Below are positions 22,746 through 33,677 of a stretch of 64,000 nucleotides of DNA, one piece after another. The stretch is taken from positions 248,001 to 312,000 of the forward strand of contig OZ025739.1 in NCBI GenBank assembly GCA_964019335.1, given 5' to 3'. The notes under the pieces are model-generated. The model had not been told where the DNA came from. It worked only from the letters and a program-made list of their open reading frames with translations, and did no database searches. Source of the stretch: Diplonema japonicum. Its lineage: Eukaryota > Protista > Euglenozoa: Diplonemea. The position numbers were made by a program, and so were the translations under genes. Within the stretch, counting starts at the first letter, position 1, and the number at the start of each line of letters is the position of its first letter.

Positions 22746-24025
22746 ATGTCGTCCCAACCCGTAGTGCCCAAGAGAGAGTGGTTCGGCGAGAAGCTCCCCG
22801 GGTGCGAACCAGGATGGTACCAAGGGTTGCCCAGCCCGTACTACCACGAGGGACACAAGGTGTACCGAGCGAAATGCAGAAAATTTGTGGAGGAGGAGAT
22901 CAAGCCCAACGTTGACACATGGATCAAGACAGGGTACCCGAAGGACCTCCACGTCAAGGCAAGGAAGGCCGGGGTACTCCTGAGGTCCAAGGCACTCGGC
23001 GGGCACGATGACTTCGACGCCTTCTACGACCTTATCATGTTGGACGAGTTCGGAAGGATGGGCGGCGGAAACGTCCTGGGACAGATCGGGGTGAACAGCA
23101 TGGCCCTCCCCCCTGTCATCAAGCACGGCAGTCAGTACATGAGGGACCTCGTTGTGGACGATGTTGCCGAGGGCAGGAAGCACATCTGCCTGGGAATCAG
23201 CGAGCCCAACGCAGGCTCTGATGTATCGGGCATCCAGACCAAAGCGGTGAAGGAAGGCGACTATTATGTCGTCTCCGGCTTCAAGAAGTGGATCACAGGC
23301 GGGATGATGGCCGACTACTTCATGACTGTCGTGAGAACAGGTGGAAAGGGCATGAGCGGGATCTCCCTCCTCCTCATCGACCGCAACCTCCCTGGCATCA
23401 CCATCAGGAAGATGGAGACACAGTTCGACAACTCGCACAGCACAACGTTCATCACCTTCGACAAGGTGAAGGTCCCCAAAGACATGCTCATCGGAAGGGA
23501 GAACCAAGGATTCAGGTACTTAATGCACAACTTCAACCATGAGAGGTTTGTTCTAGCTGTCGGGGCAACAAGGCTTTCCCGGGTATGCTACGAGGAGGCC
23601 TTCAAGTACTCGATGGAGAGGAAGACCTTCGGGAAGAGGCTGATCGACCACCAGCTTGTGAGGTTCAAGCTTGCCGAGATGTTGAGGATGATCGAGTCTC
23701 TGCAAGACCAGTGCGAGAAAGTAGCGTACGCGATCCAGCAGGGCGTGAAGGACCACGAGCTGGGGATGCAGTGCGCACTGTTGAAGGTCAATGCCTCAAA
23801 GACCTTTGAATACTGCGCAAGAGAGGCCTCTCAGATCTTCGGTGGGTCCAGTATCGTGAAGGAGGGTAAGGGGAAGATAGTGGAGAGGCTTTACCGTGAT
23901 GTGAGATGTTATGCTGTATGTAATTTTATTTTTATCGGCAACACAAACAGATTCCGGGTGGGTCGGAGGAAATTCTTCTTGACTTCGCAATGAGGCAAGC
24001 TGAGTCGCGAGCATCTAAACTGTGA
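22746..24025 (+). CDS. Acyl-CoA dehydrogenase with peroxisomal PTS1 (SKL), 2 exons
   Basis: ISEPNAGSD, KKWIT, FNHER, RKTFGK, QIFGG. Intron 23916-23950 gives last exon IPGGSEEILLDFAMRQAESRASKL*. Confidence 0.93.
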
Positions 24026-24550
24026 ATGCGCCAAAACCCCTGTTTTGGATGTCATGTTTGTTTCATACCATCGTAGAGACTGTGCGAGATGGTCCCCACC
24101 ATGATCATGTCGTGCTGTTCTTCACCTTTTTTTTTTTTTTTTTTTGTTTTGTTCCACTCTCTATTTTCTCTTTTCCACAAGCTAAAATGATAACAGCTGT
24201 AACACCCTTTCCTTTTTTTCCGTAGTTAAGAAAGGGTTTGCAGCTTGTCTCTCATGTTCATAACGCACGGTAATTGGTCTTTAAAGGAGAACAAAAAAAC
24301 CTTTACACTGCTCTTTTTTTCTCTTTTTTTTTTCTGCGAGAATCGCTTAGGTCTCGCCAGAGAGAGGGAGGAGAGACAAAGCGAAGAGATGTGAGGAGAT
24401 GTTAAGAAAGGAAAAAAAAAAAAAAAAAACACAATTTAACTCATGTAGCAAAAGTCGAACGTTTCTCCCCCCCTCCTTATTTTTTTTTTAAAGTGCAACT
24501 ACTCAACCCATAATTTAAAAAGAAAAGGAGATTTAAAAAAGAAAAGAAAA

Positions 24551-25844
24551 ATGTCGTCCCAACCCGTAGTGCCCAAGAGAGAGTGGTTCGGCGAGAAGTT
24601 CCCAGGGTGCGAACCAGGATGGTACCAAGGGTTGCCCAGCCCGTACTACCACGAGGGACACAAAGCGCACAGGGCGAAATGCAGAAAATTTGTGGAGGAG
24701 GAGATCAAGCCCAACGTTGACACATGGATCAAGACAGGGTACCCGAAGGACCTCCACGTCAAGGCAAGGAAGGCCGGGGTACTCCTGAGGTCCAAGGCAC
24801 TCGGCGGGCATGATGACTTCGACGCCTTCTACGAGATGATCACGATAGACGAGCTAGCTAGGGTGGGCGGCGGGAGCGTCCTGGGACAGGTCGGCATCAA
24901 CTCAATGGCCCTCCCCCCCATCGTTGCCTACGGCACAGACATGCAAAAGAAACTAGTTGTGGACGATGTTGCCGAGGGCAGGAAGCACATCTGCCTCGCC
25001 ATCAGCGAACCAGGTGCAGGCTCTGATGTGGCGAACATCCAGGCCAAAGCGGTGAAGGAAGGCGACTATTATGTCGTCTCCGGCTTCAAGAAGTGGATCA
25101 CAGGCGGGAACTTCGGCGATTACTTCACAACCGCCGTGAGAACAGGTGGAAAGGGCATGATGGGGATCTCCCTCCTCCTCATCGACCGCAACCTCCCTGG
25201 CATCACCATCAGGAAGATGGAGACACAGTTCGACACTTCACACGGAACAACGTTCATCACCTTCGACAAGGTGAAGGTCCCCAAAGACATGCTCATCGGA
25301 AGGGAGAACCAAGGGTTCAGGTACCTGATGTACAACTTCAACCATGAGAGGTTCGTCATCGCTGCAAGCGCCGCCCGTTCGGCAAGAATGTGCTACGAGG
25401 AGGCCTTCAAGTACTCGATGGAGAGGAAGACCTTCGGGAAGAGGCTGATCGACCACCAGCTTGTGAGGTTCAAGCTTGCCGAGATGTTGAGGATGATCGA
25501 GTCTCTGCAAGACCAGTGCGAGAAAGTAGCGTACGCGATCCAGCAGGGCGTGAAGGACCACGAGCTGGGGATGCAGTGCGCACTGTTGAAGGTCAATGCC
25601 TCAAAGACCTTTGAATACTGCGCAAGAGAGGCCTCTCAGATCTTCGGTGGGTCCAGTATCGTGAAGGAGGGTAAGGGGAAGATAGTGGAGAGGCTTTACC
25701 GTGAGGTGAGATGCCAAGCGGTATGGAAAAAAGAAAAAAAAAAATGAAAATATCCCATAACACACACAGATTCCGGGTGGGTCGGAGGAGATTCTTCTTG
25801 ACTTCACCATGAGGCAAGCTGCGGCACAGGCTGCCAAGCTTTAG
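24551..25844 (+). CDS. Tandem acyl-CoA dehydrogenase paralogue with PTS1 (AKL), 2 exons
   Basis: Colinear with 22746 (offset 1805). Intron 25721-25769; last exon IPGGSEEILLDFTMRQAAAQAAKL*. Confidence 0.93.
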
Positions 25845-26501
25845 AAGGGAACTGCGCCTCTGTATTTATTTACAAAAAAGAAAAAGGAGGGGAAAGATAG
25901 GTAAAATATGAAAATTTAAAAAAAAAAGGAAAAAAAAGAAAAAGAAAATAAACCGCGGATGAATTTCTGAGAAAATGAGAAAGAGGGAAGGCACAAAAGA
26001 GAAAAAAGAAGAAGAGAAAAAAAAAGAAATGTAAAGGGTTAGGAAGCTCTTAATTTTGTACAGGGAGCAAAAAAAAAAAAAAAAAAGAAAAAAAAAGAAA
26101 AAACAACAAGTGTCTTAACCACTAGGCACTTGAATGAGGAACAGTGATAATAGGTTGTACATCCCTTCTCCCGATAATTCTTTTTTTTTTCCTCTCGGTT
26201 TTTTCGCTGTAAAAAAAAAGGGGGGGGAAGTACACTACAATTTTTTTTTGAACAAACGTGTTTCTTTTCTTCCTTTTTTATTTTATTTTGTATGACATTA
26301 TCACCGTCCTCACCTTTTTCTTCTTCTTCTCTCTCTCTCTTTGCAGTTGTGCCTCTTTTCTTTCTCTCGATTCTCTGTCTCCACGTTTTCTTTCTTTTTT
26401 TTTTTTTTTTTTTTTTTCCTAAAGAAAGTTCTTTTCCCCGACCTAAACATCATCATCAGGCAGGAGTCGGGGGGAGGGGGAAGGGGGGAAAACTCGTGAT
26501 A

Positions 26502-29500
26502 ATGCTAACAGCAAGCAATCATCACGAGCTAAGACAAAAGGTAGCCCCCGATGCGGAATACTTGCTGTGCCAAGGCATGCACGTGGACAACGAAGGGGTA
26601 GCAGGAGTAGTGGAACAACTGATGAAGGGAAAGGTCACCCGCCTGAATCTAGAAAACAACAAGATCACGGAAAAAGGCGCAAATGTACTGGCCGACTTGC
26701 TAACACCGAAAACCGGGTTTGAAATCAAACGGCGAGAAATGTTAAGCCAAGCTGTAACAGCAGCACGGGAAATCTCTGACTTCATGAAGTCCACTCAACT
26801 CGACATCCTCAGCAACATGGGCGGCACCCTCGAAAGAGTTCTAGCTGCCGAGTCATCCCAAGAAGTTCAAAGAATACTGCAAACGTCACGCCACGCAGTC
26901 CCTTCAGAACAATGGGAGTCTGGCATCGTTTCAAAAATACAGTCAACGTCAAGCCATGAGAAGGCGCTTGATGTTCTAAGCACCATCAAAGCACACTTCG
27001 AAGAGGATAAGCACAAAGCGCTCAGCGCACAGTGTTGCTCGCTAGAGGCACGCACCTTCACGGACGCCCTGCGAGCACAGCAGCTCAAACAGCTCACACG
27101 GTCGAGTCTAACCATGGACTACATCTTGTACTGTCTCACCTTCTACCACAACACGAAGGAGATCGCCGAGGCTGTGAAGGAAGGCCTTACCAACCAGATC
27201 AATAAAGACAGCGACGAGACCTTCGAAGAGCTGAAGCTTATGTTCGTCACAAGGCTTCGCGACGCCGTTCATCAAAACAGTCTCGTGCCGAAGCCACGCT
27301 CTGTCGTCGCAAAGCCCAGCGAGCTGCTCACAGTTCTTAAGCTCAGCAACAACATGATCGGCGATGCTGGTGCCGAGCATCTTGCTGAAACGCTCCTCTA
27401 CAACACGATTCTCAAGAAGCTCTTCCTCAGTAGATGTTCTATAAGCGATACTGGTGCTGAGTCGCTTTCACACTCCCTCCTCACTTGCAACTCGACCCTC
27501 TCCGCCCTCGATCTCTCCAGCAATGTCATCACCGACTCTGGTGCCGTCGCGCTCATGGAAATCTTTCAAGAGAACACAGCGGTGCACACACTTCGTGTCG
27601 ACGGCAACATGATCACACCGGAACTTGAAGGACTTCTTGAAAAATGCACTGAACGCAACAAGAAAGACGGCACCATAGGTGATCGAGACTCGTACAAACG
27701 GATGGCAAAGTGCGTGAGGGCAGCAACAGACACTTCGTACTCCAGGATGAGTGGAAGCGGCAGCTATTTAGGTAGAAACGACACACTGGAAGTGGAGGAC
27801 CCTTTGCTGCAAATCCGTACGCTGCTTCTTCTTGGGAAGACGGCGAAAGCTCTGAGCTCTGTTGAGGAGCTGCTTGAAAACCCTGCGATATGCCCTTCTG
27901 GAGCGCAACGCTGCGCCGCTGCTTCTGCACCCCCGCAGACGTTGGAGTCGGTGCTGCCGTCTTGGTTCCCTGTCTCACCCGCTTCTCCAGAATCGCTCTC
28001 AACCGGACCACCTGCACCTGCATCTCCCATCCCTCCAGGAAAACCGCGTCCTGTTAAGAACAAGAAGTTCATTCCCTTTTATTCTGACCCTATAGATGAC
28101 TACGAGCGGTTTATCAATTCGTGGAGCGAGTGCAACTTCACACCAACTATGTCCCGCTACAGGCTCTTCGAAGCGGCCAAGAAGGCGTGGAAGGAAGCCG
28201 ACTGGGTGAAACGAACAAGCATGATCGGACAGAAATACAGAACCTCTGAAAAACCAGACGAGGGCAAGGAATCTAAAACGCCAAAAGAAGCACCTTTCCC
28301 ACCCACACCGGAAGTCGAACCTGCCACGTGCGTGACGCTGTACCCTACATCAGCGTCCTTTGTCAGCAAAGGAAGGGTTGTGACAATATGTATAGAAGAC
28401 AAACATCTTGTGGTGAAGGGTTTGGGGAAGATGAATATCAAAGTAGTCGAACCGATGGCGTACGATGTCGGGAGGATGGCCTTTGCAGTACCGCACGACA
28501 AGAAGAAGGACGGATACATTGATGTCCCAATGAAAGAAGACGACCTTGCAGCAGCTGTTGTTGCACATGTAGCAAGGCTGGGAAGAAGCATTGACAACCC
28601 TCTGAAGATCATCGAGGACGAACGACCAGAATCGACAGAAGCGCAGATTCTGCACAACGGCGACGCTGTTGTACCTTTCTACAAGACTGTTCTGAACAAT
28701 GATTTCACCTTTAAATCAAACGACGAAGAAGTGCACTTCTGGGCATCCGGGAAAGACCTACGTTACTCTGTAAACAACTTCAACCGCAACCCCTTCACCG
28801 TGGTCCACTTCAATGGTGTCGACACCCTCGAGTTCGACGACACGTCCAACTTAATCCTCAAAAAAAAACTTTTACTGTACGTACCGTTGGAAGCCTTACT
28901 AGAAGTACTGGGCAAGCTACGCTGCATGTGCAAGCTGGCAGGCGTGAGCCACGATATACCCGAACGGATAGATGGGTATCGAACAATGGTCGAAACAAAA
29001 AAAACAATGGACCAGCAAATTGCGGAAAGAGAAGCTGCGCTGTTGACTCGGCGTGACGAAGTAGAAAAGGAAGCCATGTCGGTGGAAGCCATTGAGAACA
29101 TAGGTTCTAAGGTAGACTGTTCAAAAGAGGTTGCTCTTGAAGACGTCATGACACCTGTCGCACCGGGAAAGTCACCATCAAGTCCAAGAGTTTTCCGATT
29201 AGAATTAGTCCCCGTTCCAATTATGTTCAGCGATGCGTTTAGTTTTCTGTCTCAGGTTGTTTTGTTCGGGTTTATGGAGGTTTTCTCTCGACAGTCCGAT
29301 TTCAAAACTCAGGAGAACCGGGTTTTGGCACTCACAGATTCTTGTATTTACCTGTACCACCTTGGTGGGAATATTGAGTATTGTCTTGAGATTGCAAGGA
29401 TAGATCGGCTTTTGGTGGGGCAGGATGAAGGCCTTTCCTTACACATTGCTATCGTCACCAAGCGTGAGTCCCAGCCGCCTACCCACGATCTCATGCTTAC

Positions 29501-29678
29501 GGGGTCCACGGAGCACATGAAGAAGCTTATCCGGTTGTTGCGAGCGACGTATTCTATCCAGACTGACTCTCGGCTTAGTCTCTCGCAACTCCCCGACACT
29601 GCTAACCTTCACGAAACGATTATTCTGAGCCCCCCGTCTGGGTACACGATAAACCACATACAACCCACTCCTCGATAA
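26502..29678 (+). CDS. Large RNI-type leucine-rich-repeat protein with C-terminal PH/TH1-like domain
   Basis: LxLxxNxIxDxGAxxL repeats (LKLSNNMIGDAGAEHL, LDLSSNVITDSGAVAL); C-terminal NRVLALTDSCIYL. Start chosen after the spacer. Confidence 0.8.
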   Translation: MLTASNHHELRQKVAPDAEYLLCQGMHVDNEGVAGVVEQLMKGKVTRLNLENNKITEKGANVLADLLTPKTGFEIKRREMLSQAVTAAREISDFMKSTQLDILSNMGGTLERVLAAESSQEVQRILQTSRHAVPSEQWESGIVSKIQSTSSHEKALDVLSTIKAHFEEDKHKALSAQCCSLEARTFTDALRAQQLKQLTRSSLTMDYILYCLTFYHNTKEIAEAVKEGLTNQINKDSDETFEELKLMFVTRLRDAVHQNSLVPKPRSVVAKPSELLTVLKLSNNMIGDAGAEHLAETLLYNTILKKLFLSRCSISDTGAESLSHSLLTCNSTLSALDLSSNVITDSGAVALMEIFQENTAVHTLRVDGNMITPELEGLLEKCTERNKKDGTIGDRDSYKRMAKCVRAATDTSYSRMSGSGSYLGRNDTLEVEDPLLQIRTLLLLGKTAKALSSVEELLENPAICPSGAQRCAAASAPPQTLESVLPSWFPVSPASPESLSTGPPAPASPIPPGKPRPVKNKKFIPFYSDPIDDYERFINSWSECNFTPTMSRYRLFEAAKKAWKEADWVKRTSMIGQKYRTSEKPDEGKESKTPKEAPFPPTPEVEPATCVTLYPTSASFVSKGRVVTICIEDKHLVVKGLGKMNIKVVEPMAYDVGRMAFAVPHDKKKDGYIDVPMKEDDLAAAVVAHVARLGRSIDNPLKIIEDERPESTEAQILHNGDAVVPFYKTVLNNDFTFKSNDEEVHFWASGKDLRYSVNNFNRNPFTVVHFNGVDTLEFDDTSNLILKKKLLLYVPLEALLEVLGKLRCMCKLAGVSHDIPERIDGYRTMVETKKTMDQQIAEREAALLTRRDEVEKEAMSVEAIENIGSKVDCSKEVALEDVMTPVAPGKSPSSPRVFRLELVPVPIMFSDAFSFLSQVVLFGFMEVFSRQSDFKTQENRVLALTDSCIYLYHLGGNIEYCLEIARIDRLLVGQDEGLSLHIAIVTKRESQPPTHDLMLTGSTEHMKKLIRLLRATYSIQTDSRLSLSQLPDTANLHETIILSPPSGYTINHIQPTPR

Positions 29679-29974
29679 GCGGCAGGGAAAGGAGGAATGA
29701 GAAAAAAAAAAATATTGTCGATTAGTGTTTTTTTTTTTAATTGTGGGAGGGGGAGAGGGGGTGTTATTTGTGTTTACGAGGGGGAGGGCGGAAGAAGAAG
29801 AAGGGAAAAAAAAAAAAAAAAACTATGTACAATGTCCTTCCCTCCTTTTCCCTTATGTATTTCTTTTTTTTTTTTGTCTCAGTTTCCTGTTGGTATCTCG
29901 TTCACTCCCCCAGTCCCCCTCCGAGTATTCCAGTTAAAATTCTGAAAAGAACCTGTTTTTTTTTTTTTTTTTTC

Positions 29975-30020
29975 TTGGTGGGCCGTTGCTAACCACTTCG
30001 TTTCCTATCATAGTGAATTC
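29975..30020. repeat. 45-46 nt dispersed repeat, copy 2
   Basis: Near-identical to 20735-20779; both follow a long T-run. Confidence 0.85.
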
Positions 30021-30134
30021 CCCCCCCCCCCCCTTCTTTTTCTTCGTAGATTACTCCCGATTATTTCTCAAAAAAAAATTCACAGGGCAGGGGCAGGGGT
30101 GTAAAGTATAAGTGGCGCGCTTTAAGGTTTGAAC

Positions 30135-33100
30135 ATGGAATGGGGGTGTGTTCCGAAGCACTTGTTGTCACAGGTGTCCATGTGGACCGACCCCTTGGAG
30201 CAGGAAAAGGCTTTGCGGGAGCTGGTAGGCGTTTTCAGAGACCTTCAAACCCCTGACCCCGTTGTCAAGAATGTAGGTACGATCCTTGAGGTGTTTTCAC
30301 CTTTAGTTTCGTGTGATTCTGCCAACGTGGCCGAGCTTGCAATCAACACACTGACTGCTGTTATCACACTAGTCAGGGTTGCTGTGGTCCCGCATTTCTC
30401 CGTGCTTATCGGATCCGTTGTGAAAGCATGGGGGGACAGCCGGGCTGCAGTACGCCTTGCCGCCACACGGTGCCTGTACAGCACGTACACATGCGGGTGT
30501 CCTCACGGCGAAGTCATCAGCTTTTTGCTACGAAAAATCGAAGCCTACGATGAGCTGCACATCAGAGAAGAAGCCGTGAACTTCGTGGTGTACTGCCTTC
30601 TCACAGAGCGGGACAAGAGAGCGCAGACGCAGCTCAAAAAAGCCATCCTCCCTCTCCTCCACTCCTCTTTGCTCGACCCCCGCCCGCGCATTGAGTTCGC
30701 AGCAGTAGAAGGCTACGCAAGTCTAAAGTCCATCTTCGGAAGCGCCGTGCTCTCCGACATCGCGTGTCTCAGAACCACTGGACATGACGATCTCCACGAG
30801 CTGCTTCTGGACCGCTTCTCTGAGACGATGCTTCCCATCCCTGGCAGGAACGGCGAGCTCATCCACCCGATGTTGAGGGGTGCCTCCGTTGAAAAACCGG
30901 GTGAGTCCTATCAAGCGAAGGACATGCATCTCTCCTCCGTGCCCGAAGAAGAAAAAATCAAGCTCTGGCTCCCGGCACCTACCCCTGAGGACACGAACCG
31001 TGCCTTGCGCTACAGCAACGCTACCCCGGGTGATCTCGAGCTTGTCTCGCTTAGCTCTGCTGCATCGTCTGTTCAAGACTCAGTCTCGCTGGCCAAGCGT
31101 CGAGCATCTGCAGGGTCTGGTCCCTCACCCCTCAGCAGGGAGGTCGTCTGTCGATCAACGTTAGAACCCACGCTGAGCTCGGCTGGCAGTATCCTCGAAA
31201 CGAGCTCCCTAAGCAGCAACAGCGACAAGCTGTCTTTGCTCAGAGCGAAGGGCCGCGGCAGACGACGCCTGTTAAGCTCTTCAGTGGGCAGCGGGACCGA
31301 CTGCACACCGACGTCGAGCCAAGGACCATCGCCCACATGTGGGGGCGAGCAGTCTATAGAACAGACTAACTTCAACTATGCATCTCTACCTTCACAGGGG
31401 ACTGACCCCTTGTCAGGGGCGAAGTCAGGACAACCGGGGAACAGTGCACAGCCTCCTTTGGCAAGAAGAGTGTCAGACAAGGTAAAAAGACGTCCCCCTC
31501 TTCACAACGGTGGCGAAAAGAAGGAGGACACGCTGGTGCTGACAGGGACCTCGCAGAACGGAAGGCACAAAGGGGTCATGGAGCAGAACGCACGGCCCGT
31601 CGAAGAGGTCGAAACCGAGGATTTAAAACCTTTGAAGTCACCGGAGAAGAATTTAAGCGACGCGTTGCAATGGCTTGTGGGGAATGACTGGATGAAGCAT
31701 CTGGAGGGCTTGAATAGGGTGAGAGCAGCCGCCGTGCATCATCCGCAAGTGCTTACGTTGACATTGCAGCAGACGTTAGGGTTGCTTGCAGGATCGACAG
31801 ACAATCTTCGGAGCACCATCTCTAAGACGGCGGTGGTCGCTATAGGGAACATCTTGGAGGCTGCGAAGAAGAACTGCGACCAGAGTCTCGATCAGGTATG
31901 CGTTGCCTTGTACTGCTGTCCCTACCATCTTACAGGTCATTTCGCAGCTCATACGGCGGACGACAGACAACAACCACTTCATCGTCGAGCAGGCTGAGCG
32001 AACACTCATGCTCGCTATCCAGCACTGCAGCAAAAACCGCACCCTGACGTGCCTTCTGAACACGGCGGGACACAAGTCCGATAAGCAGCGTGCGAAGGCT
32101 GCGAAGTTCCTCCACTGCTGCTGCCAAAGGGTATGCCTCTTACCACACCTTTGTCTTAACTTTCCCCGCCCAGATCGGTCCCCCTGTGTACTGCACACGC
32201 GACATATGCAGGCTGTTGGTGACACTGAATAAATTCCTTGGCGAGGGCAGCTTCGAGCTGAGACATTGGGGACGGCAGTGCTTACTTGTTCTGCACGCGA
32301 GCGCACAGGAAGGGGAGTTTGAGAAGGTTTGCATGAAGGCGGGGCTTGGGGGAAAGCAGGTGGAGAAGATTCTCGAAGTGATTCACAAAGCACAGCTGCA
32401 ACAAGAAGTCGCGGAGAACGAACAGGTGAAAGAAATGCTGACGAAAAAGGTGAACATGAGCGTCGGGGGTATGCCAGCCTTGGGAACGCGAGGCTCGCTG
32501 GGGAGAAAGTCAATGGAAGAAGCAAGACGGTCCGGGCAGGAATCGGTTCTAGGGTGTGTGTTGCTGGGGCTGTGCGATGCCGATTGGAAAATGAGAATAG
32601 AGAAGCTCAACAAGCTTAAAGAAATGGTTCTACTGAAGGGCGACATTGGAGAGGAGTTATCATCCTGCGGGGGCAGGATCTTGGATGCGCTACTCTCAAG
32701 GTGTCTTGATCAAAACCAGAAGGTGATGGCAGTTGCTCTACAGATTTTGACAGACATGCTGCCCCTTCTAGGTGCGCAGCTCACTCCAGGCTCTGTGAAC
32801 AAGATTTTGATGGCGTTGTCAACACCGTTGTCTTCCACAAGCAGTGCTGTAGTCAAGGAAACCCATAAAGCTCTTGCTTCACTTTGTGAAACTCTCGACT
32901 GTGTTGTCTTCCTTGTCAGCTTGTCTGTTGCACTATGCCACACCACTCACTACAGAGTCAAGGTAGCATTTCTTAAGCACCTCTACGCCCTGATGGAGCC
33001 AGTGCACGCAAAGAACCCTGGTGTGCTGACGACGTACCTCCTTCCGCCGTGTTTCCGTTTCCTTCAAGACCCCCGGTCAGATGTCCGGTTGGAAACGAAT

Positions 33101-33208
33101 AAGCTCATTACAAAATGCCACACTCTGATTGGCAACGATATGCTTGTATCTGCTAAAGGACTTCCTCCTTTACAAGCGCAAAGACTGAATGACCTTCTTG
33201 AGGATTAA
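30135..33208 (+). CDS. TOG/HEAT-repeat microtubule protein (CLASP/crescerin-like), 3 exons
   Basis: HEAT units DSRAAVR, DWMKHLEGL, NLRSTISK, DWKMRIEKL, DQNQKV, DPRSDVR. Introns 31896-31935 and 32131-32173 join three ORFs. Confidence 0.85.
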
Positions 33209-33677
33209 ATCGGCACAAGGGGGAAAGGGGGGGAAAATTAAAAAAAAAGAAGGTTTTTTTTTTTTTTTTTTCGTATTTGTTTTCTCTAATTAAGAGGGTT
33301 TTTTTTTTTTTTTTTTGTGAAGGGGAGAACTTTCTGAAACGAAAATTTGTTGCTATGTCGCAGAGAGAACTAAAAGATTAAAAAAAAAAAATTATTACCG
33401 TTGTTGAAAACCCAAGGACGGCCAATCTTCTAATATACCCCCTCTTTTTTTTTTTTTTCAAAGCACATCTTGTATTTTCTATTCTTTTTTTATGCGATGC
33501 ACTTTTTTTTCCCCCTTTTTTTCTTCTTTTTTTTCCCCCTTCCCCTTCTCTCGGTATAGTAAATTTACGATGAAAACAAAAAGAAAAGAATATAAAAAAA
33601 AAATAAAATCCTATTACGTTGTAATTCAATCCTGCTTACCTCATGATTTTTTTTTTTACCCCACAGGAGGGGCCTTA

